The translations under genes and the position numbers were made by a program. DNA of 63,583 nucleotides, the filler included. It is 6 parts of 6 records of this genome, joined end to end, with 100 filler letters (N's around TTAATTAATTAA, not from the genome) between each part and the next. Parts side by side here need not be neighbours in the genome. Positions count along the whole stretch, not along the records: positions 1 to 10,327 come from SRR31156797_34223; positions 10,428 to 18,899 come from SRR31156797_34227; 4 more parts are not named here. One strand, written 5' to 3'. The first letter of the stretch is position 1. Every line of letters starts with the position of its first letter. This document shows positions 1 through 10,641 of the stretch, in pieces. The notes under the pieces were generated by a model. That model made no database searches. It worked only from the letters and a program-made list of their open reading frames with translations, and was not told the DNA's origin.

Positions 1-1
1 A

Positions 2-82
2 CTTACCGTTTCGTACACCAGCGGTAAAAAGGGGAAAGTTAAAAACATGTTTGATTTTAGTGAAATATTAAAAGAAGAATAA
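2..82 (+). CDS. 3' end of an upstream gene, truncated by the window start (LTVSYTSGKKGKVKNMFDFSEILKEE*)
   Basis: Open frame from position 2 to TAA at 80-82, ending 24 bp before the TonB receptor; too short to identify. Confidence 0.4.
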   Translation, partial: LTVSYTSGKKGKVKNMFDFSEILKEE

Positions 83-106
83 AGGATATCGCCAAAAAAG
101 ATAATT

Positions 107-2977
107 ATGACACATTATTTTAAGAAGTTATTTATCCTGACAGTCCTAATGATTCCCTTGTTTTCAATGGCTCAGATGAATTATTCCCTCTCAGGAATTG
201 TTGAGAATAAGGAAACCAAGGAAAGAGTTGTATTGGTAGCTATTCAAATTTTAGAACTAAACCGATGGACAACGTCAAACATGCAAGGTGAATTCAACTT
301 CGATAATGTTCCGGCAGGTAATTATACGTTGCAGGCAATGTGTTTAAGCTTTGAAAAATATAAATATCCGATAGAAATTACACGAAACATTTCAAACTAT
401 TCAATTCGAATGGTTGAGACCTCTTTGGGATTGGAAGAAATTACGGTAGTTGCCAAAGAAAATACAAGTTTAAGTTCATCTTCAAAAATTGAAAATATTG
501 CAATTGATCACGTTCAGCCAACAAATCTTGCAGATATTATGCAACTGGTTCCAGGGCAAATAACGCTTAACCCCGACATGTCGAAATCGAACCAAATAAC
601 AATACGTGACATAAATAGATATTCCGACAGAAACAACATTTCAAATCCAGATGACAACGATGCAATGGGAACTGCCATTATTGTAGATGGAACACCCATT
701 GACAACGATGCAAATATGCAATCTCTAAATACGGCAAGCGGTGGAACTTCACAATCGTATTCAACTGCCGGGCAGGGAATAGATTTAAGACAAATTGCAA
801 CCGACAATATTGAATCTATTGAAGTGATACGTGGAATTCCTTCTGTTGAATACGGCGACCTTACTACCGGAGCTGTTTTGGTAAAAACAAAAGCGGGAAA
901 AACAAAATTAAATGCAAAAGTCAAAGCCGATCCCAAAATAAAACAAATTGCTTTATCAAAAGGATTTCTTATTCCGGGAGAAAACAAAGGAGCCATTAAT
1001 TTAGATTTAGATTATGCCCACTCATTTAACGATTTAAGAATACCTTCAAAAAGTTTTAAAAGGATTACCGGGCAGGCAGGATATTCCAATACTTTGTTTA
1101 AAAACACAAAACCACTTAGCATAAATGCGAAACTAAATTATTTTAGTACCATCGATAATGAAAAAAACGATCCTGATCAATTAAAAGAAGAAATTAAAAG
1201 AGAAAAAGAACAAGGCATCGATTTTAAACTTTACGGAAAATGGTCGATTCAAAAGTGGTGGTTAGGAAATGTAACTTATAATTTTTCAGGAAGTTTTAAA
1301 AAACAAGATTATTACGAATATAAACTTTCGGCGAACAACAGTGCTGCACCGCTGCCGCTAGCTTATGAGTCAGGCGAATCTGTTGGAGTTCTTTTGCCTT
1401 CGCAATATTACAGCGAATTTAATATTGATGGTCAACCGTATAATTATTTCGCAACCATAAAATTAGATGCAAAACTGAATATTGGAAAAGTCAGAAATAA
1501 TATCATGTACGGTGCCGACTGGAGAACATCCGGTAATAAAGGAGAAGGAAAGATTTACGATGAAACAAGGCCTCCTACTGGTGCACTTTCAACCCGGCCA
1601 AGAGCATTTAAAGATGTTCCCGCAAGTCATAAACTTGCCTTGTTTTTTGAAGATGAAATAAATATTCCAATCGGGAAAACCCAGCTAACAACCCAGGCAG
1701 GAGTTCGGTATAACAATCTTTTACCAAAAGGAGTATTTTCTACCAAAGGTTTTATAACTGTCGAACCACGAATAAATACAGTTTACGATATATTAAAGTA
1801 TAATAAAAAAAGAACAGTCAGAAACCTGTCATTTCGTTTTGGATACGGGCAGACTTCCAAAACACCTTCAATGTTATATTTATATCCCGACAAATCGTAC
1901 CAGGATGAATTAAGTTTTAATTACTATCCCGATTTAATAGTTGTAACAACAAAAGTAATAGATGATACGAGTAATCCGGACTTAAAACCCATAACAAATG
2001 AAAAATTTGAAATCGGCACTGATTTCAATATTAAAGGGATTAAATTTATTATAACGGCATTTAAAGAAACCATTAATAATGGATTTAAATGGGACTGGCA
2101 ATATTTTGGCATGAATTATCGGAAATGGGAACAATTGGAAGGTGAAGGTAAAAGTCCTTACTTTGAAGATAAAAACATTTATTATACCGAAAACGGACAA
2201 ATAAATACCCTTGGTTACGATAATTACAGAGACTTCCATCGTTATAAATCTCCGGTAAATAATTATAATGTAAATAAAAAGGGTATAGAATATGTTATCG
2301 ATTTTGGACAGATTCGTTCCATTAGGACAAATTTCCGGGTCGATGGTGCATATTATCATATAAACAGAATTGACGACGTAAACCCTTTCCCAGAGAAAAA
2401 AAATATTTCATACTTAGGAGGTAAATTCCCGTTTGTAAGTATTTTCCCAGGAGGAAAGGGTTCTACAGATGAGAGATTAAATTCAAACATCAAAGCCACA
2501 ACCCATATTCCTGATTTGAAAATGGTATTTACCCTAAGCACACAGCTAATTTGGATTGATAAAGAGGTTTACTACTGGAAAGATGAAAACGGTAATCCTT
2601 TGGCATACTCACTAGGAACAAACAACGAAAAACTTTATGGACAATATGAAGGTGTAGATAAAATTTATCTGGATCCTATCGGGTATTACGATATTGACAT
2701 GGTATTTCATGAATGGCAGGAAAATTATTCTTTTGAATCACCCTATAGTTTTATGGTAAAAGAGATGGACAGTGATTATTTCGACACAGACTCATACCCT
2801 CTTCTCTGGCAAGTAAACTTAAAACTAACCAAAGAATTAGGGAAAAATGCCAAACTTTCTTTTTTTGCAAACAACCTATTCAATCACAGGCCTTTACATA
2901 AAAATAAAAGAACAGGATATTACAGCAGACACAATCAAACTGCCTATTTTGGAGCTGAATTAAAATTTAGTTTATGA
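107..2977 (+). CDS. TonB-dependent outer-membrane receptor
   Basis: Signal peptide, N-terminal carboxypeptidase-regulatory-like domain, plug motif (DNIESIEVIRGIPSVEYGDLTTGAV), barrel ending YFGAELKFSL. Confidence 0.92.
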   Translation: MTHYFKKLFILTVLMIPLFSMAQMNYSLSGIVENKETKERVVLVAIQILELNRWTTSNMQGEFNFDNVPAGNYTLQAMCLSFEKYKYPIEITRNISNYSIRMVETSLGLEEITVVAKENTSLSSSSKIENIAIDHVQPTNLADIMQLVPGQITLNPDMSKSNQITIRDINRYSDRNNISNPDDNDAMGTAIIVDGTPIDNDANMQSLNTASGGTSQSYSTAGQGIDLRQIATDNIESIEVIRGIPSVEYGDLTTGAVLVKTKAGKTKLNAKVKADPKIKQIALSKGFLIPGENKGAINLDLDYAHSFNDLRIPSKSFKRITGQAGYSNTLFKNTKPLSINAKLNYFSTIDNEKNDPDQLKEEIKREKEQGIDFKLYGKWSIQKWWLGNVTYNFSGSFKKQDYYEYKLSANNSAAPLPLAYESGESVGVLLPSQYYSEFNIDGQPYNYFATIKLDAKLNIGKVRNNIMYGADWRTSGNKGEGKIYDETRPPTGALSTRPRAFKDVPASHKLALFFEDEINIPIGKTQLTTQAGVRYNNLLPKGVFSTKGFITVEPRINTVYDILKYNKKRTVRNLSFRFGYGQTSKTPSMLYLYPDKSYQDELSFNYYPDLIVVTTKVIDDTSNPDLKPITNEKFEIGTDFNIKGIKFIITAFKETINNGFKWDWQYFGMNYRKWEQLEGEGKSPYFEDKNIYYTENGQINTLGYDNYRDFHRYKSPVNNYNVNKKGIEYVIDFGQIRSIRTNFRVDGAYYHINRIDDVNPFPEKKNISYLGGKFPFVSIFPGGKGSTDERLNSNIKATTHIPDLKMVFTLSTQLIWIDKEVYYWKDENGNPLAYSLGTNNEKLYGQYEGVDKIYLDPIGYYDIDMVFHEWQENYSFESPYSFMVKEMDSDYFDTDSYPLLWQVNLKLTKELGKNAKLSFFANNLFNHRPLHKNKRTGYYSRHNQTAYFGAELKFSL

Positions 2978-3008
2978 TCTATTTTTTAACACATAAATAT
3001 TTTTAACT

Positions 3009-4220
3009 ATGAAAAAAGCTTTAGTCGTCACACTAACATTAATCTTCGGTTTATTTGTCATAAACTGTAGTGAAGAAGTTACCCCAAGCTATTTATTAAA
3101 CTTAAATCTAACTTTCCCCGATGGATTTACGGCAGCTGATATTCCTAACGGCGTATCGGTAAAAGCAGCAAACACACAAACAGGAAGAGAAACCACTGTA
3201 GTTGCCGATGCAAACGGAGTTGCCGTTTTTGAACTTGTTGAAGGCACTTACAATTTCTCTACAAGTTTTTCTGTAACTGCCGGCAATGATGAATACACCT
3301 TTAATGGAATTTTATCAAATTACTCTTTATTGCAGGAATCAACTACTTCTTTGGGTTTGATATTGGCTGACAATACAGGTGGATTCATTTTAAAAGAAGT
3401 ATATTTTTCCGGTTCAAAAACTCCGGAAGGGAAAAATTACTATGCCGACCAATTTCATGAAATATACAATAACTCAGGCGACACCTTATATGCAGATGGT
3501 TTGTGCTTAGGAGTTTTATATCCTACAAGTACAAAACCGAGTGATTGGTCGAATGAAGATGGAAGTGTAATGGATATTCTTCCTTTAAGTTATCATGTTT
3601 GGACAGTTCCCGGTAGTGGAGAAGAACACCCGGTTTATCCTGGCGAAAGCATTGTTATTGCTCAAGACGGAATAGACCATCAAACCGATGAAAATGGAAA
3701 TCCAAATTCTCCTGTAAATCTGGGGAATGCAGACTGGGAAACCTATGTTGAAGTTTCGGGAAAAGATTTAGATGCTCCAGGAGTACCAAATCTAACCATG
3801 ATGTATACAACATCAACCAGTATGATGGATTGGTTGCATTCAGTATTTGGAGCTGCTGTTGTTATTTTCAGACTTCCAACCGACTGGGAATCTTATGTTG
3901 CAAATCCAGAAAACTTTATGACTAGACCTGGAAGTACTTCTTCTACCGAATTCTTTATGATTGATAAGGAAAATGTTATAGATGCAATAGAAATTGTGCG
4001 CGTTGAAGAGGAAAAACGTTATAAAAGGCTTCCCACCGATTTAGATGCTGGATATACTTATCTTGAAGGTGGTACTTACTGCTCTAAATCAATTCGACGT
4101 AAAGCAAAGATGGTTGTTGGTGGCCGTGTAATATACAAAGACACCAATAACTCTACTGAAGATTTCCTTCATGATTTAGATCCGACTCCAGAAATAAATC
4201 CTTCTGCTGCTGAAGAATAA
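3009..4220 (+). CDS. DUF4876-like surface lipoprotein
   Basis: Lipobox-like FVINC; motifs FILKEVYFSGS, DQFHEIYNNS..LYADGL and DTNNSTEDF recalled as typical of DUF4876; follows a TonB receptor. Confidence 0.8.
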   Translation: MKKALVVTLTLIFGLFVINCSEEVTPSYLLNLNLTFPDGFTAADIPNGVSVKAANTQTGRETTVVADANGVAVFELVEGTYNFSTSFSVTAGNDEYTFNGILSNYSLLQESTTSLGLILADNTGGFILKEVYFSGSKTPEGKNYYADQFHEIYNNSGDTLYADGLCLGVLYPTSTKPSDWSNEDGSVMDILPLSYHVWTVPGSGEEHPVYPGESIVIAQDGIDHQTDENGNPNSPVNLGNADWETYVEVSGKDLDAPGVPNLTMMYTTSTSMMDWLHSVFGAAVVIFRLPTDWESYVANPENFMTRPGSTSSTEFFMIDKENVIDAIEIVRVEEEKRYKRLPTDLDAGYTYLEGGTYCSKSIRRKAKMVVGGRVIYKDTNNSTEDFLHDLDPTPEINPSAAEE

Positions 4221-4234
4221 AAAATGATATAATA

Positions 4235-4259
4235 AACCTGCCCGATTATTGGGCAGGTT
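4235..4259 (+). terminator. Intra-operon stem-loop (partial terminator or mRNA stabiliser)
   Basis: AACCTGCCC-GATTATT-GGGCAGGTT, 9-bp stem. Confidence 0.55.
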
Positions 4260-4278
4260 CTTAAATGTTTTGATTGAG

Positions 4279-5850
4279 ATGATTAAATTGAATAAAATAA
4301 CAATAATCCTTCCCCTGATATTCATTGCCGGATATGTAATGGGAATTAATAATCCAGACAGTACCCATTCTTTCAATTCATTTAAATTGTATGAGCTTAA
4401 AAACCAGTGGTTAAAAACCGGAAATATTGCAGGTATAACCTTTAACCCCGAAGAGAACATTGGAGAGGTTTTAGGAGGATATCAATTAACTGATGGAGAC
4501 TTTCATCGTATAAGGGAGGCAAATAGTAAGAATGATTTTTTTATTCAGACTGAAAGTTTTCAGAAAATAAAAGGCATCAGCTTTTATGGTAATTTCTCGT
4601 ATCACAACAGCAATGAAAAAGGAAATTTATGGAGTGGTGTTTTTTCTCCCTATAGAGGAAATCCATACATAATGGGCGATTCAATACCCGGAGCAAACTA
4701 CCATAAAGAAACATTTACACTTGCAGGTGGCATTGCTAAAAACCTAAACGACAATTTCTCAGCAGGTTTATCAGTAGATTATTTTGTTGGCGTTGGAGCA
4801 AAACAAAAAGATCCCCGCCCGGAAAATATAGTAATGGATTTTTCTATAAATCCCTCTGTTATTTTAAAACTCCAAAAAATTAAAATTGGATTTGATGCAG
4901 GGTACAGAAACCGAAAAGAAGAAACCGATTACAGACAGGTTGCCAGCGATAATCCCGATCCTACCTTTTTTGTATTTAAAGGCTTTGGATTTTTTAAATC
5001 TTCAATTGGAACAGGAGAAAGTCGTTTTCAAACCGAAAAAAATTATTTCGGTGGAATTCAACTCGAAACCCAACTTTTTGGATTTGAATCGTTATCAGAA
5101 ATAAGAGGTAATTACACCCGCGAATCAACCGATGACGGAAGTTCAATTATAAAAAAAGCAGATGCCGGAGACTGGGAAACAATTCATTTAAAATTAAACC
5201 AGCAGTTCTCTTTACAAAAAGAAAATGTTATACATAATATCATTTTAAAAGGTGCATTTTTAAATGGCGATGGTATTGAATATACACAGGAAATTGTTTT
5301 CGATGAAGATAAACATGCCAATTATATTACTGTTGCAAAAAACTTGAAATTTAACAGGCAAACAATTTCTGCAGAAATAGAATATAATTATTTAAACCTT
5401 ACTGCAGATAAAAAAATAGACTGGGATATTTCAGCTTTTGCACATTTTTTAATGAACAACGAAAAATACCATTATATACCAGAAGTTTTTAATGCCGATT
5501 ATTCAAATGTAAATGCAGGATTAAAATTCGAAAAGAATTTCTATTCAAATAACATTCACATCACTCCTGGTTTATCAGGCTCATACATAAAAAATTTATC
5601 AAACAATTACCTCTTATCGAATGACGCTGAGATTACAAAAAAACAAAACAAAGAAGTTTATCTTTTTGATTTTGATTACTATACTCAGGATCTTTTAAAG
5701 ATTAACGGTTCTCTGAATATTGGATTTGACACCAATAATTTAAAAAGTATCGATCAGGTTTATTGCAAATTAAATTATAGCAATTGGTTTCCATTTAATG
5801 TTGAAACAAAAAAAGAAATTTATACGGTAAATGTAGGATTCTTATTTTAA
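4279..5850 (+). CDS. DUF6850-like outer-membrane beta-barrel protein
   Basis: Signal peptide from ATG 4279, amphipathic beta-strands, KQKDPRP motif, C-terminal Phe; typical position after DUF4876. Confidence 0.7.
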   Translation: MIKLNKITIILPLIFIAGYVMGINNPDSTHSFNSFKLYELKNQWLKTGNIAGITFNPEENIGEVLGGYQLTDGDFHRIREANSKNDFFIQTESFQKIKGISFYGNFSYHNSNEKGNLWSGVFSPYRGNPYIMGDSIPGANYHKETFTLAGGIAKNLNDNFSAGLSVDYFVGVGAKQKDPRPENIVMDFSINPSVILKLQKIKIGFDAGYRNRKEETDYRQVASDNPDPTFFVFKGFGFFKSSIGTGESRFQTEKNYFGGIQLETQLFGFESLSEIRGNYTRESTDDGSSIIKKADAGDWETIHLKLNQQFSLQKENVIHNIILKGAFLNGDGIEYTQEIVFDEDKHANYITVAKNLKFNRQTISAEIEYNYLNLTADKKIDWDISAFAHFLMNNEKYHYIPEVFNADYSNVNAGLKFEKNFYSNNIHITPGLSGSYIKNLSNNYLLSNDAEITKKQNKEVYLFDFDYYTQDLLKINGSLNIGFDTNNLKSIDQVYCKLNYSNWFPFNVETKKEIYTVNVGFLF

Positions 5851-5963
5851 AACAAAAAGACGACACAGACTAAAGCGAAAATAATTTACACCTACACATG
5901 TTAAACATTAAAAAAAACGGCTCCGTTTAATAAATAGAAATTAAAATCGTTAAAAAGATTCTT

Positions 5964-8132
5964 ATGAAATTATATCATTTTTTGCTGTTACTTATAGCAA
6001 TTACAGGAGCCTCTTGCACAAATCAGACGCAATCGGGGTTTGCAATAGTGGTAGACAGTACCAGTTACAATAATGCAAAAAAGGAAATTGAAAACTATGC
6101 AAATTCTGTTGAAAAACAAGGATTAAAAATCACCATAATTGTGGACAAATGGCATCATCCCGATTCCATTCGAATTGAATTACAAAAGCTATATCGTGCA
6201 GATGAAAATAAAATTGAAGGTGCAGTTTTTATTGGAGATATTCCTGTTCCTATGATTCGCGGAGCTCAACATATGGCCTCGGCTTTTAAAATGGATGAAG
6301 AACGGTTTCCAATGTATCGATCGTCGGTAGCATCTGATCGTTTTTACGAAGATTTTGACTTGAAATTTGAATTTATTCAACAAGATGAAAAAGATTCTTT
6401 ATTGTTTTATTACCGCCTTTTACCTGAATCGGCGCAGGTTCTGTCTCCCGAAATTTATTCAGGCCGAATAAAACCAAATGAAAGCAATGAAAAATATACT
6501 TTGCTAAAAAACTATTTAAACAAAGTTGTTGATTATAAAAATAATCCGCTGAAAGTTGACCAAATTATGTTTTTCACCGGACATGGATACAATTCCGAAT
6601 CCCCTATGTCGTGGATGGATGAAAAAATAACATTAAACCAGCAATTCGACTATTTGCTGTCTCAAAAAAATTTAATTGAATATATTAATTTCAAATACGA
6701 AACACACATAAAATTCAGGTTACTTTCTGCATTAAAAAGAGATAACCTTGACATCGCATTTCTTCATAATCACGGCGGAATCACTGCTCAGTATTTAAGT
6801 GGAACCCCCGAAAATAAATCAAATAATATTGCCATAGAAAATGTAAAATATTATTTAAGAACTAAACTACGAAGTGCAAAAAACAGGGAGGCAGACCTGG
6901 AAGAAGCCAAGCAATATTATCACGAATGGATGGGAATTCCGATGGAATGGTTTGAAGGAACATTTGATCCTTTACAAATTGAAAAAGATTCAATTTTTAA
7001 TGCCAACCTCGATATCTACATGGAAGATCTGAAAGACTATTCTTCAAATGCCCGGTTTATTCAGTTCGACGCCTGTTTCAACGGTTCTTTTCAAAAGGAT
7101 CAATACATCGCATCTGAATATATTTTCGATGAAGGAAAGACCATTACCGTGCAGGCTAACTCAGTAAATGTATTGCAAGATAACTGGCCTGGAGAAATGG
7201 CAGGTCTTTTAGGACTTGGAACACGCATCGGATTCTGGCATAAAATGAGTTGTACACTCGAAACGCACATCATTGGAGATCCTACATTAAGCTTTGTTTC
7301 ACCCGATAAGGAGTTGGATGTAAATAAACTTCTAAACTCAAAAGCGAACGATTATAAATATTGGGAAAATCAACTTAAAAGCAATTACGACGATATTCAG
7401 GCACTTGCACTTCGAATGGTTTACCAAATTAAAGGGAATGAAATGTCTGATTTATATTTAAAAATGTTTAAAGAATCAAAAGCTAATTCAGTAAGAACCG
7501 AAGCATTTAAAATACTGAGTTATTGTAAAGATCAGAATTTTATTGAAGCAATAAATCTGGGAATTAACGATTCTTATGAATTTATTCAAAGATGGTCAGC
7601 ATTACATATGTTAAAAACTGGCGACAAATCACATATCCCATTTCTTATCGATGCGCTTTTACAACCGAACAAAGGGAAAAGAATTTTATATCACCTGAGA
7701 GATGCGGTTGGGATGTATGATCCTAACGCATTACTTGCTGAACTTGAAATTCAAGTCCCTCAAAAAGAATACCTTCTAAACCCGGAAGAGAAAAAAGAAG
7801 AAATCAAGAATATAATTGAACGTGGCACCGGAAATATGGCCCGATATATTGAAGAGCTACAAAGTAACGAAACCACAGAAAAAGAGAAATTTAATAACAT
7901 CAGGGCTTTTAGAAATAAGCCCGTTCATGCAAAAATTGATGAAATTATCGAAATTATTGATACGGTTCAAAGTGAAAAAGTAAAACTGGCCGGAATTGAA
8001 ATGCTGGGATGGTTTAATTACTCATCGCAACGAAAAAAAATAGACCAGTTTTGCGACAAACTAATTAATGATAACACTTTATCGGAGGCTTGTTTAATTG
8101 AAGCGAATAAAACGAAAAACAGAATAAATTAA
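5964..8132 (+). CDS. Lipoprotein with a peptidase C25 (gingipain)-like domain and C-terminal HEAT-like repeats
   Basis: Lipobox TGASC; GAVFIGDIP, HNHGG (putative catalytic His), FIQFDACFNG (putative catalytic Cys) and IIGDPTL motifs; helical-repeat C-terminus. Confidence 0.7.
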   Translation: MKLYHFLLLLIAITGASCTNQTQSGFAIVVDSTSYNNAKKEIENYANSVEKQGLKITIIVDKWHHPDSIRIELQKLYRADENKIEGAVFIGDIPVPMIRGAQHMASAFKMDEERFPMYRSSVASDRFYEDFDLKFEFIQQDEKDSLLFYYRLLPESAQVLSPEIYSGRIKPNESNEKYTLLKNYLNKVVDYKNNPLKVDQIMFFTGHGYNSESPMSWMDEKITLNQQFDYLLSQKNLIEYINFKYETHIKFRLLSALKRDNLDIAFLHNHGGITAQYLSGTPENKSNNIAIENVKYYLRTKLRSAKNREADLEEAKQYYHEWMGIPMEWFEGTFDPLQIEKDSIFNANLDIYMEDLKDYSSNARFIQFDACFNGSFQKDQYIASEYIFDEGKTITVQANSVNVLQDNWPGEMAGLLGLGTRIGFWHKMSCTLETHIIGDPTLSFVSPDKELDVNKLLNSKANDYKYWENQLKSNYDDIQALALRMVYQIKGNEMSDLYLKMFKESKANSVRTEAFKILSYCKDQNFIEAINLGINDSYEFIQRWSALHMLKTGDKSHIPFLIDALLQPNKGKRILYHLRDAVGMYDPNALLAELEIQVPQKEYLLNPEEKKEEIKNIIERGTGNMARYIEELQSNETTEKEKFNNIRAFRNKPVHAKIDEIIEIIDTVQSEKVKLAGIEMLGWFNYSSQRKKIDQFCDKLINDNTLSEACLIEANKTKNRIN

Positions 8133-8147
8133 CCAAAAAATTTCTTA

Positions 8148-9032
8148 ATGAACGCAATTGAATGTAAAAACCTGACCCATTATTACGGGAAGAAAATGGT
8201 TTACGAAAACCTGAATATTAGTGTTCGCGAAGGGAGTATTCTTGGGCTTCTCGGGAAAAACGGGGCAGGTAAAACCACAACCATAAATATATTAAACGGG
8301 TTTTTGCAACCACGAAGCGGCGAATGCCTCATTTATGGTGAGAACACTCAATATCTTACCCCGGAGAACAAGGCCAGGATCGGATTTCTTATTGAAGGGC
8401 ACATTCAGTATTCTTTTATGAATATCCATCAAATAGAAAAATTCTATTCCGGTTTTTATTCAAAATGGGATAACGAGCCTTACTGGGAACTGATGTCGAA
8501 ATTAAAAGTTACGCCAACACAAAAAATCTCGTCCATGTCGTGCGGGCAGCGTTCGCAAGTAGCACTGGGATTGATTCTGGCACAGGATCCCGACCTCCTG
8601 ATTCTGGATGATTTTTCAATGGGACTTGATCCCGGTTACCGACGTTTGTTTATTGATTATCTGCGGGAATATGCCAAATCGAAAAACAAAACCATTTTTA
8701 CAACTTCGCATATTATTCAAGACATGGAACGGTTAATTGATGATGTACTTATTATGGATTACAACCGTGTATTAGCCCAACGAAATGTGACTGATTTCAT
8801 GCACAATTTCAAACAATTCTACCTCGAAGTAGAGAATCCCGAAATCGACCTTTCAAATGAAGATTTTGTAGCCAACTTCGAAAAAGTACATAATAAAGTG
8901 GAAATATATACTTACGAAGAAGAAGATTTTGTTATACAGTTTCTTTCGAAAAATGGGATTGCTTATACCAATTTCAAAAAGGTGGAAATGGGACTCGAAG
9001 ATGCTTTTATTGGATTAACCGGAAAATATTAG
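8148..9032 (+). CDS. ABC transporter ATP-binding protein
   Basis: Walker A GKNGAGKT, signature MSCGQ, Walker B LLILDD, H-loop TSH. Confidence 0.93.
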   Translation: MNAIECKNLTHYYGKKMVYENLNISVREGSILGLLGKNGAGKTTTINILNGFLQPRSGECLIYGENTQYLTPENKARIGFLIEGHIQYSFMNIHQIEKFYSGFYSKWDNEPYWELMSKLKVTPTQKISSMSCGQRSQVALGLILAQDPDLLILDDFSMGLDPGYRRLFIDYLREYAKSKNKTIFTTSHIIQDMERLIDDVLIMDYNRVLAQRNVTDFMHNFKQFYLEVENPEIDLSNEDFVANFEKVHNKVEIYTYEEEDFVIQFLSKNGIAYTNFKKVEMGLEDAFIGLTGKY

Positions 9033-9035
9033 AAT

Positions 9036-9710
9036 ATGTGGAAATCAGTTATATACAAAGAATGGCTTAAAACAAGATGGTTTATATTCATTTTTGCAGG
9101 CATTGGAATTTTAACCGTTGGAAATATATTTTTAAAAGTAAAACACGATTTTGCTTTTAACGAAGCCACCAACTATCTCTATAAAATACTTTTTATGGGA
9201 TATCAGTATTTCAATTACAGTCTGTTTAAATTTATCCCAGTTATTGGAGCTCTGGCAATTGCCATTGCACAGTACTTTCCTGAAACAGTAAATAAACGAA
9301 TTAAGCTTACTTTTCATTTGCCTTTAAACGAAAACAAAGTAATGTTAATGATGATGTTGTTTGGAACAACATGTTTACTTGCAGTTTACCTGATAATATT
9401 TTTACTGTTCCTGTTTTTATCGTATTTGTTTTTCCCTTTTGAAATTATTCAGGCCGCATTGCTATCAATTTCACCCTGGTTTTTATCGGGATTCGCCATC
9501 TATTTTCTGGTCGCCTTAATTGTTCTTGAACCTGTTTGGAAATACCGGTTCTTTTACCTGGTAGTTGCCGGTGCATTTATTCCCGTTTACCTGGAATCAG
9601 CAGTTGCCGGTGCATACGCACCCGCTATTCCGGCATTGGTTATTTTGTCAGTAATATTAAGCATATCGCTACTGTTTTCAGGATATAGATTTAGAAAAGG
9701 AGAAATGTAA
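9036..9710 (+). CDS. ABC-2-type membrane permease
   Basis: About 6 TM segments, N-terminal KEWLK motif, starts 3 bp after the ATPase stop. Confidence 0.7.
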   Translation: MWKSVIYKEWLKTRWFIFIFAGIGILTVGNIFLKVKHDFAFNEATNYLYKILFMGYQYFNYSLFKFIPVIGALAIAIAQYFPETVNKRIKLTFHLPLNENKVMLMMMLFGTTCLLAVYLIIFLLFLFLSYLFFPFEIIQAALLSISPWFLSGFAIYFLVALIVLEPVWKYRFFYLVVAGAFIPVYLESAVAGAYAPAIPALVILSVILSISLLFSGYRFRKGEM

Positions 9711-9712
9711 TT

Positions 9713-10327
9713 ATGGTAAAAATTAGTAGATATTTTTTAATTATAATAGCTGTTATTGGATTTGCAATAACACTACCACGACTTTATTGGATGGCCTTTT
9801 CCAAACCCATTTATTTGCCATACGTCAGATACAGTTGTGTCGATGACGATTTTGTATTCCGGCGCAGTAACAACGGGATTTTATGGAAGGATAACAAAGG
9901 CAACGAATTAACGCGCGATGAATTTGAAGAAAAACTTCCACTGCTATATATCAGGCAGCTTTTAATGTCGAATACTATGCCCGACTCTATAAAAGGAGTT
10001 GAAATGGACACGCATGAAATAAGCAGGAACAACTCTACATTCAGAGTTAAACCCAGCGAATTACAAACGCCCGATCCGGGATTATATCCACTTTTTGAAT
10101 CAAAATCGGGAAGGGCAAACCTGGAAATGCCGGAAGACTATTTCAGAATTATCTGGAGAATGGAATTTATTGAAGCCGGAACAAATAAAATACTGGAAGA
10201 AAAAAGCCGGATGTTTTCTGCCGTTCTTTATAAACGAGGATTTAAATTTCCCGCAAAATCAATCAATGGTATTCCAACCACCCGAAAATCGTGCGATGAA
10301 GGTTATTTGGTAATCGACTCTGAAGAT
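9713..10327 (+). CDS. DUF4857-like membrane-anchored protein, truncated by the contig end
   Basis: N-terminal TM segment; LYPLFES..GR and PTTRKSCDEGY motifs; runs into the N-linker. Confidence 0.65.
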
Positions 10328-10427
10328 NNNNNNNNNNNNNNNNNNNNNNNNNNNNNNNNNNNNNNNNNNNNTTAATTAATTAANNNNNNNNNNNNNNNNN
10401 NNNNNNNNNNNNNNNNNNNNNNNNNNN
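10328..10427. other. Artificial contig linker
   Basis: N44-TTAATTAATTAA-N44. Confidence 0.99.
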
Positions 10428-10641
10428 ATAACAATAAATAGCTCTGATGTGAGTTCCGAACTATGTCAAGGGTGATTCGTGGGGTGATGTTAAAATTATC
10501 GTTATTGTATTTTCACGATATGAATTTCAAAAAGTATGCACTTGGCAACCAGATCGCAGGGAAATAGGAATGCTGATGTTATATACCCGAAATCGCCCAG
10601 TTTAACTCTCAACTGGAGATACCACATGTTGTGTGGAAACC

